Origin: Octopus sinensis
Taxonomy: Eukaryota
Direction of reading: 5' to 3'
Assembly (NCBI RefSeq): GCF_006345805.1
Contig: NC_043008.1
Span: 39,494,001-39,558,000, forward strand
DNA: 64,000 nucleotides
The translations under genes and the position numbers were made by a program. Positions 1 to 13,561 of the stretch are shown piece by piece (the first letter of the stretch is position 1; each line of letters starts with the position of its first letter). The notes below the pieces were generated by a model. The model did no database searches, had not been told where the DNA came from, and saw only the letters and a list, made by a program, of their open reading frames with translations.

Positions 1-649
1 ACTAAAAGATTTTGAAAGCGTAACTACTATAGAACATTATAGAACAATATAAAACCTCTTTATGGTTTCTCGTTTTCATAAAGCCGATGAAATAAAAGTA
101 ATGATGTGAACGACGACGACGACGACGAGAACAAAGATAATGATAATGATAATGAGGAGGAGAATGTGAAGCGGAGGATATGATGATAAGCTAGGTGAAG
201 ATATTTATAATAATAATAATGGTAATTATTTTTATTAATATTATCATTATTATTATTATATAAGAAGTCCTTATCGCTTTTGTTATTACAATAAAAAAAT
301 ACCGAAAACAAAAACATTGATACTGATAATTGTTATAGTAACTATTATTTCTAATGTTAATATTTCGTGTATTGTTATAAATTTTTCTCTCCTTTTTTTC
401 GCTTAAAGATATTTCGTCCACCAAATTACTTTTCGTAAATAGCTCTAATAGACAATGATCCATATTTATTAACCCCTAAACTATGGATTGTTGAAATCAT
501 TGATATAAAAAACAACATATTCCTATATATTTAGTTTCAACGCTACTTCATACATACATACATACATACATACATACAGGTTGAAAAAAAGCTTAGAGAT
601 CTGTACAGATCAATTTTTTTATACATAAAAGATGAAGATGAGGGTGGAA

Positions 650-950
650 CTTTTTTGTTCCTTCTCGAGCCATGCTGGCACATAAGGGCCGGTTTCCCGG
701 TTTCCTTGGCGTACAGGTTCCTCACCCGGACGGGACGCCGGTCCGTCGCAGGTGAGCTGCAAGATGCAGGAGGAAAGAGTGAGAGAAAGTCGTGGCTAAA
801 GAGTCAGAAGAAGTTCGCCGTTACTTTCTACCGGAGCCGCGTTAGGTGTTTCGCTCATAAACACACACACATCGCCCAGCCTGAGATTCGAACCAGCGAT
901 CCCTCGACCGCGAGTCCACTGCTCTAACAACTACGCCATGTGACTCCACA
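650..950 (-). mobile_element. tRNA-derived SINE (head shared with the 23468 and 27556 copies; V/Meta-domain-like 3' part)
   Basis: Minus strand reads GGAGTCACATGGCGTAGTTGTTAG (A-box-like) ... GGTTCGAATC (B-box), then ACTTTCTCTCACTCTTTC as in the 23468 copy, then CCTGCGACGGACCGGCGTCCCGTCCGGG. Confidence 0.8.
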
Positions 951-1102
951 AGGGTGGAAATCGTACAGAAGTAAATCTAAGATATTTCAATATAGAAAGT
1001 ATTTAATAAAATGATTTTAAAATAATGTAAAGAAATTATACAATATTATTTCTTTTGATGCTGAATCTCATTTTATCAAATGCTCTTACTCTTACTCTTG
1101 AG

Positions 1103-1391
1103 GTCCGCCTTTAGTCGAGCAAATCAACCCTCGGACTTATTCGTTGTAAGCCTAGTACTTATTCTGTCGGTCTCTTTTGCCGAACCGCTAAGTTAAGGGG
1201 ATGCAAACACAAACACACAAGCATATACACACACATACATATATATGACGGGCTTCTTTCAGTTTCCGTCTACCAAATCCTCTCACAAGGCTTTGGTCGG
1301 CCTGAGGCTATAGTAGAAGACACTTTCCCAAGGTGCCACGCAGTAGGATTCAACCTGGAACCATGTTGTACGTAAACAAGCTACTTACCAC
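1103..1391 (-). mobile_element. CORE-type tRNA SINE (octopus OR-like), partly deleted
   Basis: Minus strand has GTGGCACCTTGGG(A)AAGTGTCTTCTACTATAGCCTC, a CORE-like block, and aligns with copies at 21385, 47138 and 51045. Confidence 0.85.
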
Positions 1392-3362
1392 TGAGTGTCA
1401 AAAGCGTGACTGGAGTTTTTTCCTTAAAGTTTTCTTTATATTTAGTTTGGTATAGAGTTCAAGGTGTTAGAAAGAAAAAGAGGGGGTGTAGTTGTTTGTT
1501 GTTGAAGAAAATCTCTGTGAGTTCCTGCCAAGGGAGTGGCTTAATAGCATCTATTGAATGGGTTCTATGTCCGCCTGTGTTTGAGTGTGTGTGTGTGTGT
1601 GTGGTGTGTGTGTGTGTGTGTGCATTTGTTTGGGTTTGTGTGTGTGTATTGTGTTGAATGTCCTTTCAATATACTTGGAATGTGACCAGGTGTGTGATGA
1701 ATGTCTTGTTAAATAAAGAATTGGGATTTTCCTTCTTTTTGAAGTTTGTAGGTTTGATGTTTCTTTTAAGTGTCGCCACTTGTGTGTGCATGTTTGTGTG
1801 TGTGTATTTGATGTTTTCTTTTGGATGTCTCCAGCTATATGTATGTGTGTGTTTTTGAGCCCCAAACAGAAGATAAACTGTTTTTACTTCAAATTTTTAT
1901 AAATATTTACTAATCTTTGATAAGATGAGAATCATCATCAAAACAGGTAATATTCTATACTTTCTTTATATAATTTTAAAATCATTTTATTAAATCCTTT
2001 CTAAATTGGAATGTCCTAGATTTACATCTGTGGAATTTCCACCCCATTTCTCTCTATCTCTTTATATATATATAGTATAGTATAGTATATTACAGTAGAT
2101 AGAGAAGAGAGAAAAGATGTGTATGTTGAAATGAGAAGAATGGTAAAAAGGAATAGCTGAGAAAAGAAGGAAGAAAGAAAGAGGAAGAAAAAATGATAAA
2201 ATGAAAAAATAAGAAAAAGATGGAAAAATTGGAGTGTTAGTTGGTGGTCAAGATATTATGACAGGATCGGAGAAGGGTAGGGGAGGGATAGCAAGAGATA
2301 AGAATGTAAGGAATGAATGTGTGTGAGGAGCGGGATATATCTGAACGGAACTATGGTGGAGGGATGGGTACAAAAAAGGATACAGGGAGTGGAGGGTTAC
2401 ACACACATACACACACACATATTGGATTAATGGTTGATATACAGGATAGGGAATATAACAAACTAACTTATCTATCCACTAGTTCTTTCGGATACTGGTT
2501 TCTAATATTTTAATCGTTGTACTTCTCTAATTATCTCCTCATTTAATAAACGAAGAACAGTGAAATACAAATAGGCTGGACAATTAAGTAACAGACCGTA
2601 AATATAATCGTAACACATGTGATTTTGTTACAAACCATTCTTAGTAAAAGTGTGGATGATAGATCAATTTCGTGAGATGGAAAAAATGATTTACGTTACT
2701 TTTTTGAGGCTTTTATTTTCTAAGTTTAAGCTTCTTCGGCGATAAACTTGTACTCATCTGTTCGGCAGAATGGTAAAGCGAAGTATTTGTCGACAGACAA
2801 ATGTGGTACATACCTTCATACATGAATGCATGCATAGTTACATGCATACATGCATACCTACATATATAGACACACACATACAGTCATACACACACATACA
2901 TACACACATACATAGATATACACATACATACATACACACACACATATATACATATGTGCGATTGCGCGTACATATAAATTGGCATATGCATGTATATATA
3001 TAGGAACCAGTATATATTTAATGAAACACGAACACAAACACACAGACATATATGTATAAATAAGTTCGTTATAATGTACTGAAGTCTAGTTACATACTAC
3101 AAAACTTGAATTTAATGATTTATTTTGACTGATGAATTGGCTGATGGTCTGGTGATTCTTTGATACATTAGTGATTCCCCTGACACCAATTGACTACACA
3201 AATTATTAAAACACAAAATAAACTTTGGTAGCGAAATTAGGACGAAATTAGGGATTGAGATTACAAGCTGGTTTGTGACCGGCAACAGATGGAGAAAGAA
3301 TAAGCTCACAGATTCCCCGTATAAAATAAACTACCGACATGAATAGCCTAATAGGCAACTCA

Positions 3363-3542
3363 GTATGTTTACTTAGCGGTATTTCGTCTGCCACTACGTT
3401 CTGAGTTCAAATTCCGCCGAGGTCGACTTTCCCTTTCATCCTTTCGGTATCAATAAATTAAGTACAAGTTACGAAGTGGGGTCTATCTAATCGACTGGCC
3501 TCCTTCCTCAAAATTTCGGGCCTTGTACCTAGAGTAGAAAAG
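3363..3542 (+). mobile_element. tRNA-derived SINE with the CCTTTCATCCTTTCGG core, 5'-truncated
   Basis: GTTCTGAGTTCAAATTCCGCCGAGGTCGACTTTCCCTTTCATCCTTTCGG aligns with 15108, 19242 and the 46395-46975 copies. Confidence 0.8.
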
Positions 3543-3626
3543 TATGTTTCCTATAACTTACAAAAGGCCAAACGATATTTCAAATACCACAGAAGTTTAC
3601 AAAATTTCCATTTCTGCTCTTGTCAC

Positions 3627-3819
3627 AATGCCCGAAATTTCTTTTTGGAGGGGAGACTTCGATTAGACTGACCCCAGTACGCAACTAGATCTTAATCTAT
3701 CGACTCCGAAAGGATAAAAGGCAAAGTAGACCCCGGCGGAATTTGAACTCAGAACGTAGCGGCACACAAAATACCGCAAAGCATTTCGCCCGGCGTGCTA
3801 AAGTTTCCGCCAGCTCACC
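3627..3819 (-). mobile_element. tRNA-derived SINE, same family as 15108, inverted
   Basis: Reverse complement of the GAGCTGGCGGAAAC..TTAGCACGCCGGGCGAAATGC..GAGTTCAAATTCCGCC head and core; lies tail-to-tail with the 3363 copy. Confidence 0.8.
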
Positions 3820-4342
3820 GTCCTGTAGATTACGAAATATTATTGACGTTTTGTTTTTCAATTTTTGACAAAAAGCTCTGTGCAAATAATTACGCTGAAA
3901 AAAGAAAGAAAAACAGAAATCGAAGACGTTTTAAAACACGGAGATATCGCATAATGCAAACAATTCGAGCAGACGACAAATAGAAGACAATGTATACATT
4001 ACCACACTAAAATCTCAGCAACTCCCGAGAAAAAAACAACACAAAAGAAGATGGAGTCACCAAAAAAAGAAATAATCAGTGATCTTTGAATATACTTTCA
4101 TACGAAGAGAAATATAATATAAGCTAAATGAATACGCGTTCAATATATTTTATTCTTTATCTTGAAACTTTAAGAAGAATTCTATTGGCACTGTCTGAAA
4201 TTACATACACTATGAGAAATTGTTTATTCATTTATCTATTTGTGTAATTGTTCATGTATTCAACTAAATATAAATATATTTATGTATTCTTATTAACTAC
4301 GTGTAGGTAGTGTCTAACATATACACAAACATAATCATTTTA

Positions 4343-4372
<30 letters not shown>

Positions 4373-4377
<5 letters not shown>

Positions 4378-4640
4378 GAAAAAACCCACCTTTTATCAAT
4401 TCAAAATGAATAATTAAATTACGCTATCTAGAAAATTACATATAATAGAAATATTAAAATTAAAAAAAGATAAAAATAAATTATATACGTTTTTATTATT
4501 ATTTTTTGCAATTTACTTAATCATTGACATTTTATTGTTATTTTAATTTTAATTTTAATATTTCTATTATATGTAATTTTCTAGATGGTGTAATTCAGTT
4601 GTTCATTTTGAATTGATAAAAGGTGTTTTTTTTTCTTATT
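4373..4640. mobile_element. Foldback/MITE-like element with ~95-bp inverted arms inside (TA)n
   Basis: 4373-4467 (..CACCTTTTATCAATTCAAAATGAA..TCTAGAAAATTACATATAATAGAAATATTAAAATTAAAA) is the near-perfect reverse complement of ~4545-4640. Confidence 0.75.
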
Positions 4641-4788
4641 TTTTATATATATATTATATTGTGCGAATTTTATTTAGTATTTCTATATTGAATTTTATCC
4701 TTGTAAGTTTGGATTTTATTCCCTCAAATAATAATTAAATATATATATATATATATATATATTATACATTAATATTATACTACATAAG

Positions 4789-4885
4789 ATCGAGCTGTGA
4801 AGTCTCGGAGCACAATTTGCTTATATATGTAAATATATAGTATATATATTATATATATATATATATTATATATAATATATATATA

Positions 4886-4916
<31 letters not shown>

Positions 4917-4948
4917 CTAAATGTGCTCCAAGTCTTCACAGCTTCGAT
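4789..4948. mobile_element. Short element with ~30-bp imperfect inverted ends enclosing a (TA)n core
   Basis: ATCGAGCTGTGAAGTCTCGGAGCACAATTT (4789-4818) versus the reverse complement of 4919-4948, ATCGAAGCTGTGAAGACTTGGAGCACATTT. Confidence 0.65.
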
Positions 4949-5453
4949 ATTAACCATACATACATAATATTTCTATATTTGAGGTTTTTTGTTATCTTAT
5001 CTATCTATCTATCTATTTATTTATTTATTTATATATCAATCTATATATGTATTCAAAATTTTCTCTTCTTGTTTAACCAATTCCATGTTAAAGCTCAATC
5101 TTTAGATAAATATTTGCAAAGCAATAGTAACTATTTATTTAGTGTGGATGTGAAGGGAAGAAGAAATAATTAGAACTTTTTTACCCACAAGCTTGCAGTG
5201 CGAGCCATGATATGAGCATTCAATTTCAATGCACGAAATATTCTACATTTATTGAACACTATCTTCTTGATCAACAGAATTTTCAAGGTTCACACACTCA
5301 CATGCATAAAATATATACGTTTACTAGAGGCATACGTATACTTCTACATAAACATGTATAACGTTATATACGTGCAATCATACGCAATATCATGTATAGG
5401 CATACGTAGGTATATTAAATATATATATATAATGTAATGCATGTATATGTATG

Positions 5454-5521
<68 letters not shown>

Positions 5522-5925
5522 TATACGCATACATATTGATACCACATAGCAGAATCCAGAAGGGCTTTCAAATTCATTTGTTGGTCGTATCTGTCATTCT
5601 GAATTTGTATGAGAGTGCGGTTTATTTAAAATTTATACTACATTTCGTTTTGGCTTCTCTGCAAAAGATACTCTGCAGTACGTAGATATATTGTCATTCT
5701 ATTTCTCTTTCTAGGCACGCTGTTTCTGACGTCATTAAACTTACATGCGTTCATTGAAGTGTGAAGCTATTCAGAATCAGAAGAATGCTGTGACTGTCGC
5801 TGAGATAAGGCACGATATTCGCAACTAAGACACGTAACGCAACTAAGACATGTAACGCTTTATTTATCTATTCCTTCATCTCTGTTGTCAGCTACATATA
5901 TCGATGTATCTATCTATTTATCTCT

Positions 5926-5926
<1 letters not shown>

Positions 5927-6016
<90 letters not shown>
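5927..6016. repeat. (TATC)n microsatellite
   Basis: Direct reading. Similar tracts at ~7845-7985, 10605-10700, 11715-11820, 14515-14575, 35195-35272, 44880-45060 and 58511-58605. Confidence 0.95.
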
Positions 6017-6017
<1 letters not shown>

Positions 6018-6187
6018 ATATATATATATATATAAACTTATGAGAGAGATGGCAACTATGTGGATAAGCCTCATGCTAGAAGTAGATCCACTATGGTCTT
6101 ACCATTAAGAAATGTTCTCAAGAAAATTTAGCAAATACCAGAACGTAAGCGTGCAAGACAAGTGAAAAGTAACAAAAATATAGATTC

Positions 6188-6221
<34 letters not shown>

Positions 6222-6618
6222 TTCAATATTGAGCAATATTATCTAGTGTAACAATTAAAAATGATAATAACAGAATCAATAATATAGGCGACTGCAGACC
6301 CCTAAAAGCATTAAATAGTTGAAGGATTAAAATTAATCCAAGGGCATACTGAATATGATCGCGTTTTGCGTGCGACCACGCTATATTCTATTTTCTGTTT
6401 CAATTGTGTGTCCACTCTTCTTTTGCAAGTCACAACGCAACTCTAGTAATGCTACTACCACGGAAAAGCTGCAGAGGCTGGTGTTAGAAAGTGCGCCAGA
6501 TGCAAAATACAAACAAAACCTGAGAATACGTGATGCAAGACGTATACTCTCTAACCATATTCCGTGAAAGGTAAATTTTAAAGTGTTTATGTTAATGATG
6601 ATCATGATGGTGGTGATA

Positions 6619-6658
<40 letters not shown>

Positions 6659-7481
6659 CGACGACGATGATGATAAATTTGTTGAAGTAAGGATTTTTCT
6701 CATTAAGGAACCATACCCTTTTAAAAGACATAGACCATGAGTAAGACTGTGATCAAAAAGGACGTGTTGCTCCTACACTTTGCAGTAAAATGCTTCTGCT
6801 CATGAGAATAATTCTATACCAATTAAGCCACATAAACGCGTGATTTAAAATCATACAACGATTATTTCTAGTGAATATCATATTTAATGCATAATACATG
6901 GTTCCTTAATTTATCTATTTCTTTATTTCAGTTTTAGTAAACATTTTATTCATATTTTCACAAAAGTTTGTAAAATACTATAGAAAATTATAGAGCTATC
7001 CGCAAGGGTTTCTTTTACACAATCTTATTTTGTGTCCTGCACTTTAATTCGTTGCAATAGCTTCTTGTACAATCGGAAAAAAAATATAAATGTAAAAATT
7101 CAATTGATCACCAAAATTTCGAGCATAGAATATACAGAAGTAGAAATTATTATATCAGTGGTTATTTATAGTAACATTCAAATCGAAAATTAACACGCAA
7201 ATGCATAACATGCAAAGAATAGAATGAAATCTATAACGAATTCTGCCTATATACTTTTAAATATGGCGTTGACGATTTTCGTAGTTATCAAATTACTTCT
7301 ATTACCCTTTGCAGCTTATTGCGAGACGTATGAGCCACACCCCATTAACTGCATCGGATAGGAAAGTAATCCGTATCAACATTAGAAATCAGTATAGCCG
7401 TGTCATTAATATACCATGACTGAAAGAATATTTTTGCTCTGTTTATGCCCCACTACTCATATATATATATATATATATGAT

Positions 7482-7652
7482 AAAAATGGTAAGACAACAA
7501 AAAAATGAAAGAGACCTCGATATTATGTAACTAGAGGAATTTATCTGTAAATGTAATATGTGACAATTATTCGGAAGCCATGATAAACTCCGAGTTTCGG
7601 ATGTCGGGTTGGAAATTCACGCCGCCATCTCTTCAGTTATCCGGCCATCGGG
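7482..7652 (-). mobile_element. (TA)n-associated short repeat, hammerhead-bearing family F3
   Basis: Aligns over ~170 bp with 28116-28283 (+). Minus strand reads GATAA CTGAAGA GATG..CATCC GAA ACTC G GAGT T TATC. Confidence 0.75.
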
Positions 7653-7861
7653 AAAATGCATATAACTATATATTACATTTTAATAGAGGCTATGTTTCAT
7701 AGATTTTAACCGTCACAGCATTACTGACTGATGCAACAATCCTAAACGTCTGTCTTTTATATTTAAACACTCTGAGAATAGGAAGACAATGATTAAGTAG
7801 AAAACGTTTCAAGTACTATGCTCCCATAAAAAGCATTTCTCTATCTATTTATCTATCTATC

Positions 7862-7964
<103 letters not shown>

Positions 7965-8023
7965 GTCTGTCTATCTGTCTATCTATATGTATGTATGAAT
8001 GCATCTATCAATACATACATGTA

Positions 8024-8225
8024 TGTGTCGCGTGTGTACCGTTGTCGATTTTTTTCCTCCGTCTTCCCTTCTTCAGATCTTTCCTTTTCCTATGTTTCTG
8101 ACGAAGAGCTCCGCTCGAAACGTTAAACCCTCCTTCTTCCCTTCCTTCCTGAGCCTCCAATAATACTATATTTGTTTCACGTCTTCGCGTTGTTGTGTTT
8201 TCTCTTTGTGCTTTCATATTTGGGT

Positions 8226-8230
<5 letters not shown>
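8024..8230 (+). mobile_element. (TA)n-associated ~200-bp repeat, hammerhead-bearing family F1
   Basis: Aligns end to end with 60433-60640; both end in ..GG(G/A)TTAACTATATATA. Confidence 0.8.
8094..8128 (+). ncRNA. Minimal type-I hammerhead ribozyme motif (palindromic stem III)
   Basis: GTTT-CTGACGA-A-GAGC-TCC-GCTC-GAA-AC-GT-T-AAAC: stem I GTTT/AAAC, core CUGANGA, stem II GAGC/GCTC, GAAA, ACGT palindrome, NUH site GUU. Confidence 0.7.
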
Positions 8231-8269
<39 letters not shown>

Positions 8270-8442
8270 ATACTAAGCAATAAAGGGTTTAGCAACGAAT
8301 TGCCTTACCACATACCGAATTTAGAAATAGCAGTCAAATAGTTATACCTATTTTTCTTCTACTAAAAAGGGAGATCTCAGTAAAAACAGCAGTAAAAATA
8401 TATATATATATATATATAATTATATATATATATATAATATAG

Positions 8443-8485
<43 letters not shown>

Positions 8486-9134
8486 TACATACAAATATTT
8501 TTATATGCATACCATATATATATAAATATATATATATATACATATATATAAATACATATATTATATATATGCGAACACGCTCACACAGATCCAGGCATGC
8601 ATATCATTCTATTCTCCCGCTGGTTTCTTGTTCCTGATCAGCAGATATACTGGGATACGATCATCAAGATTTCGTCGAACATTTCACACGCCCACATGCA
8701 AAGAAGCGTCTCACCCTGCACTGCAATATGCGCAGCTTCGATATACCAAAAGTTATGCATCTCTCTATCTTTAGATTATACCAAGAAGTATCTGTTGAAC
8801 GTGACATACAGTAGGATCACAATTCTGATGCCTATGTTTCCGGATCGAACTCCATATAGAAATATTTACATTTCTGTCTATTCACATAGACCTATCCTTA
8901 CTTAGATAACAAACCAAACAGGTTTCTAAACACACCTAGACGTACGTATACACATACAAGAACACAAACACACACACACACACATATACATATAAACACA
9001 TATAAATGAATATATAAATATGTGTGAGTGTATATATACATGTGTGTGTACATATATATATGTATATATATCTATATATACATATATATATGTACATATA
9101 TATATATGTGTGTACATATTATATATATGTATAT

Positions 9135-9184
<50 letters not shown>

Positions 9185-9782
9185 TACATATATACATACA
9201 CATATATATATATATATATATAAATATAACGACATGAACATGCAAAAGATTCAGCTAATATATATATATATATATATATATAGATATATATATATATATA
9301 TATATATATCTATATATATTTATATTTATATATATATATGTATAATATATTGAGTATAAAATGCGCATTTATTTATACACACAGGAAAAAAATCTACACC
9401 AAGATACACATATACTCCTTAGTACAAGCACGCGTGTGCGCGCAAACACACACACACATATACATACATACACACGCACATACAGGCGCACGCACACACA
9501 TAGACACTCAACGCTGCAGAATTGCACATAAGAAAGAGGCTAAGATACATACACAGGCAGAGTACATACCTACATGTACACATTATATACAAACACACAC
9601 ACATACATTTAAAAACATAGAATAAAAAAGAGGCAGGCGTGCACAGGCGGGAACTCATGCGTTAAATGAACGCAGAAATGGCGTTCACTCATCCGTGTTT
9701 ATACACCAATAGAACTGTTTTTCTTTACACACAGGCAATCAAACAGACTGATCAGGTGAAACACAGATAAGAAATACACGGC

Positions 9783-9813
<31 letters not shown>

Positions 9814-9885
9814 GGATATAAATGCCTACACAGATATATTTATACATATGTGTATACATATAAGTGTATATATATATATATGGGG

Positions 9886-9939
<54 letters not shown>

Positions 9940-9942
9940 ACA

Positions 9943-9974
<32 letters not shown>

Positions 9975-9989
9975 ATATATATATATATA

Positions 9990-10305
9990 TACGTGTGTAT
10001 ACATATGTATGTATATATTTGTTATACATATATATATATATATATACAATATATAAATATATATATGTACATATAAATATATATGCATATGTGTATTATA
10101 TGTACATATATAGGTACATATATATGTGTGAAAATGTTTATCTTGTATAGGAGTGGAAGAAGTAGGAGGAAAAAGCGAATGTGTTTGGTTTGTGAAGGAG
10201 AGTGTGAGGCAAGGTATGTTTTCTCTGTCTCACCTTCTTTCTAACTGCTTTTTCGTTTGTCCCTCTGTATAAATGGTTGTCATATACTTATATATATATA
10301 TATTT

Positions 10306-10348
<43 letters not shown>

Positions 10349-10622
10349 TATATATATATATATAGAGAAGAGATGAGAGAGAGAGAGAGAGAGGATGATA
10401 GATATATACTTACATACATGCGTACACAAACATGCACGCGCACACACAGACTCACACGCGCATATATGAAAGAATTGAAAGGAGGCATAATATGTGTGGC
10501 AATGAGTGCTCTTCGAAAGGACGATGAGAATGAGGTAAAGATGGACGGAAACGTCGTCAAGAGCGGGAATGAAGTAGACAAGTAGCTACCAAAATGGATA
10601 GGTAAGTAGATAGATAGATAGG

Positions 10623-10690
<68 letters not shown>

Positions 10691-11020
10691 CAGATAGATA
10701 GGTAGGTAAGTGGGTAGGTAGGTAAATAGAAAGACGCAGGGATAGCTGGATACGAAGATCGCTTATGTAACAAATGAACAGACATACGGATAATCATTTA
10801 TATTGACAAATACAAAGGACAGAAGGGGGGTAGTGGCAGAAAGGAGAAAAACAACAGACACGCCTGTATATATATATATGTATATATGTATATATATGTG
10901 TATATATGTATATATTGTCGATAGATGTGTATATGTATATATGTATATATGTATATATATGTATATATGTATATATGTATTATATATATATATATAATAT
11001 ATATATATATATAAACATAC

Positions 11021-11065
<45 letters not shown>

Positions 11066-11731
11066 TATATATAATAACATATATATAATAATATATATAT
11101 ATATATATAACGTGTTATACATATGTATGTATATATTTGTTATACATATATATATATATATACATATATAAATATATATATGTACATTAAATAAATATAT
11201 GCATATGTGTATATAATGCATATATAGGTACATATATTGGTGAAAATGTTTATCTTGTATAGGAGTGGAAGAAGTAGGAGGAAAAAGCGAATGTGTTTTG
11301 TTTGTGAAGGAGAGTGTGAGGCGGTATGTTCTCTCTGTCTCACCTTCTTTCTAACTGCTTTTTCCTCGTTTTGTCCCCCTGTATAAATGTGTTGTATCAT
11401 ATACATATATATATATAATACATATATATATATTATATATAATATAATATATATATATATATGATATATATATAGAAGATAATAGAGAGAGAGAGAGAGA
11501 GAGAGATTGATAGTATATACTTACATACATGCGTACACAAACATGCACGCGCACACACAGACTCACACGCGCATATATGAAAGAATGAAAGGAGGCATAA
11601 TATGTGTGGCAATGATGCTCTTTCGAAAGAACGATGAGAATGAGGTAAAGATGGACGGAAACGTCGTCAAGAGCGGAATGAAGTAGACAAGTAGCTACCA
11701 AAATGGATAGGTAAGTAGATAGATAGATAGG

Positions 11732-11807
<76 letters not shown>

Positions 11808-12050
11808 CAGATAGATAGGTAGGTAAGTGGGTAGGTAGGTAAATAGAAAGCGCAGGGATAGCTGGATACGAAGATCGCTTATGTAACAAATGAACAGACA
11901 TACGGATAATCATTTATATTGACATACATACAAAGGACAGAAGGTGGTAGTGGCAGAAAGGAGAAAACAACAGACACCTGTATATATATATGTAATATGT
12001 TATATATGTGTATGTATATATGTATATATGTATATATGTATGTATGTAAT
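9990..12050. repeat. ~1.1-kb tandem duplication (possibly an assembly or haplotype artefact)
   Basis: Unique blocks 10127-10290, 10450-10590 and 10720-10860 recur at about 11240-11400, 11575-11705 and 11840-11975; differences are mostly 1-2-nt indels. Confidence 0.9.
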
Positions 12051-12100
12051 ATATATATATATAATATATATATATATTATATAATATATATATATAAAGA

Positions 12101-12142
<42 letters not shown>

Positions 12143-12153
12143 TATATATATAC

Positions 12154-12207
<54 letters not shown>

Positions 12208-12336
12208 TCATGGATATGCATATATGCATGCATGCATATATATTTACATATATATGAGTATATATATATATATGCATAATCGCATAATTACACACATAAA
12301 TTCCCACACACTATCTCTCACATAGATATGCATGTA

Positions 12337-12399
<63 letters not shown>

Positions 12400-12412
12400 G
12401 ATATATATCTGT

Positions 12413-12466
<54 letters not shown>

Positions 12467-13427
12467 TCCTGCAATACATCAATACATATGTATTTATATA
12501 TGAATATATTGTATATATTCATATAGATATATATATATACATATATATATATACATGTATATATGTATATATATATATATATATACATAATTATATATGT
12601 ATATATAATCTATATATGTATATATATACACACATATATGCATATGTATATATATATACGTATATATATGTCTAAGTATATATGCGTATGTCTATGTGAG
12701 TACGCGTACATATGAACATCTCACGTGGTCGATTGGCAGGAGGAGAGAGAGAGAGAGAGGGAGAGAAAGAGAAAGAGGGAGATGGTGAGATTGGGAGAAT
12801 ATTTTGATCAGGTAAGAATTTAACAAAGACAAGTACAGACTCACAAAAACGGCAGACAAACGGACATAATTTGATCATGTGATACGGAGACAGATTGTGA
12901 AAACGATCAGGGTAATCAAGGGTAAAAGAATTGTTATACGCACCAAAATATAAGCCCGCAATCAAACCCACACCCTCACATACTCTCTCACACATAGACA
13001 CACATAAACACGAGCATAAACGTATGACAGCGCGCGTATATATGTATATATATATAGACACACACACATATCTCTCTCTCAATTTTTCTATATATGCGTC
13101 GCTCCCTGTCTTTCACTATACATACATATACATACACACTCACACATGCACACCTATACATATACATATGCATACACACACACTCACTCATATATATATA
13201 TATATATTTATCTATATATATATTGTATATATTCTCGTGTGGTATCTTTGTGTGTGTGTGTACTTGTGTTGTATTATAATGCTTTTATATCTATAAATAT
13301 ATATATGTAGGCGTACTTATGTATGCGAATATATCTGTGCACATAGAAACTCAAGCAGACACGCACACACATATATGCCCAAACATACATATATACACAG
13401 ATATATATATATATAAATAAATATATT

Positions 13428-13469
<42 letters not shown>

Positions 13470-13492
13470 TACATATATTTACCTATGTATCA

Positions 13493-13561
<69 letters not shown>

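Noticed and set aside
5820-5858. 18-bp tandem repeat (CGCAACTAAGACA(C/T)GTAA x2); also a 24-bp doublet at ~48066-48108
   Set aside because: Two-unit slippage duplications with no spacers; not CRISPR-like. No CRISPR array or prokaryotic-type gene was seen anywhere in the window.
7263-7361. Signal-peptide-like sORF MALTIFVVIKLLLLPFAAYCETYEPHPINCIG*
   Set aside because: Only 32 codons; hydrophobic runs are common in AT-rich random frames; no convincing donor or homology.
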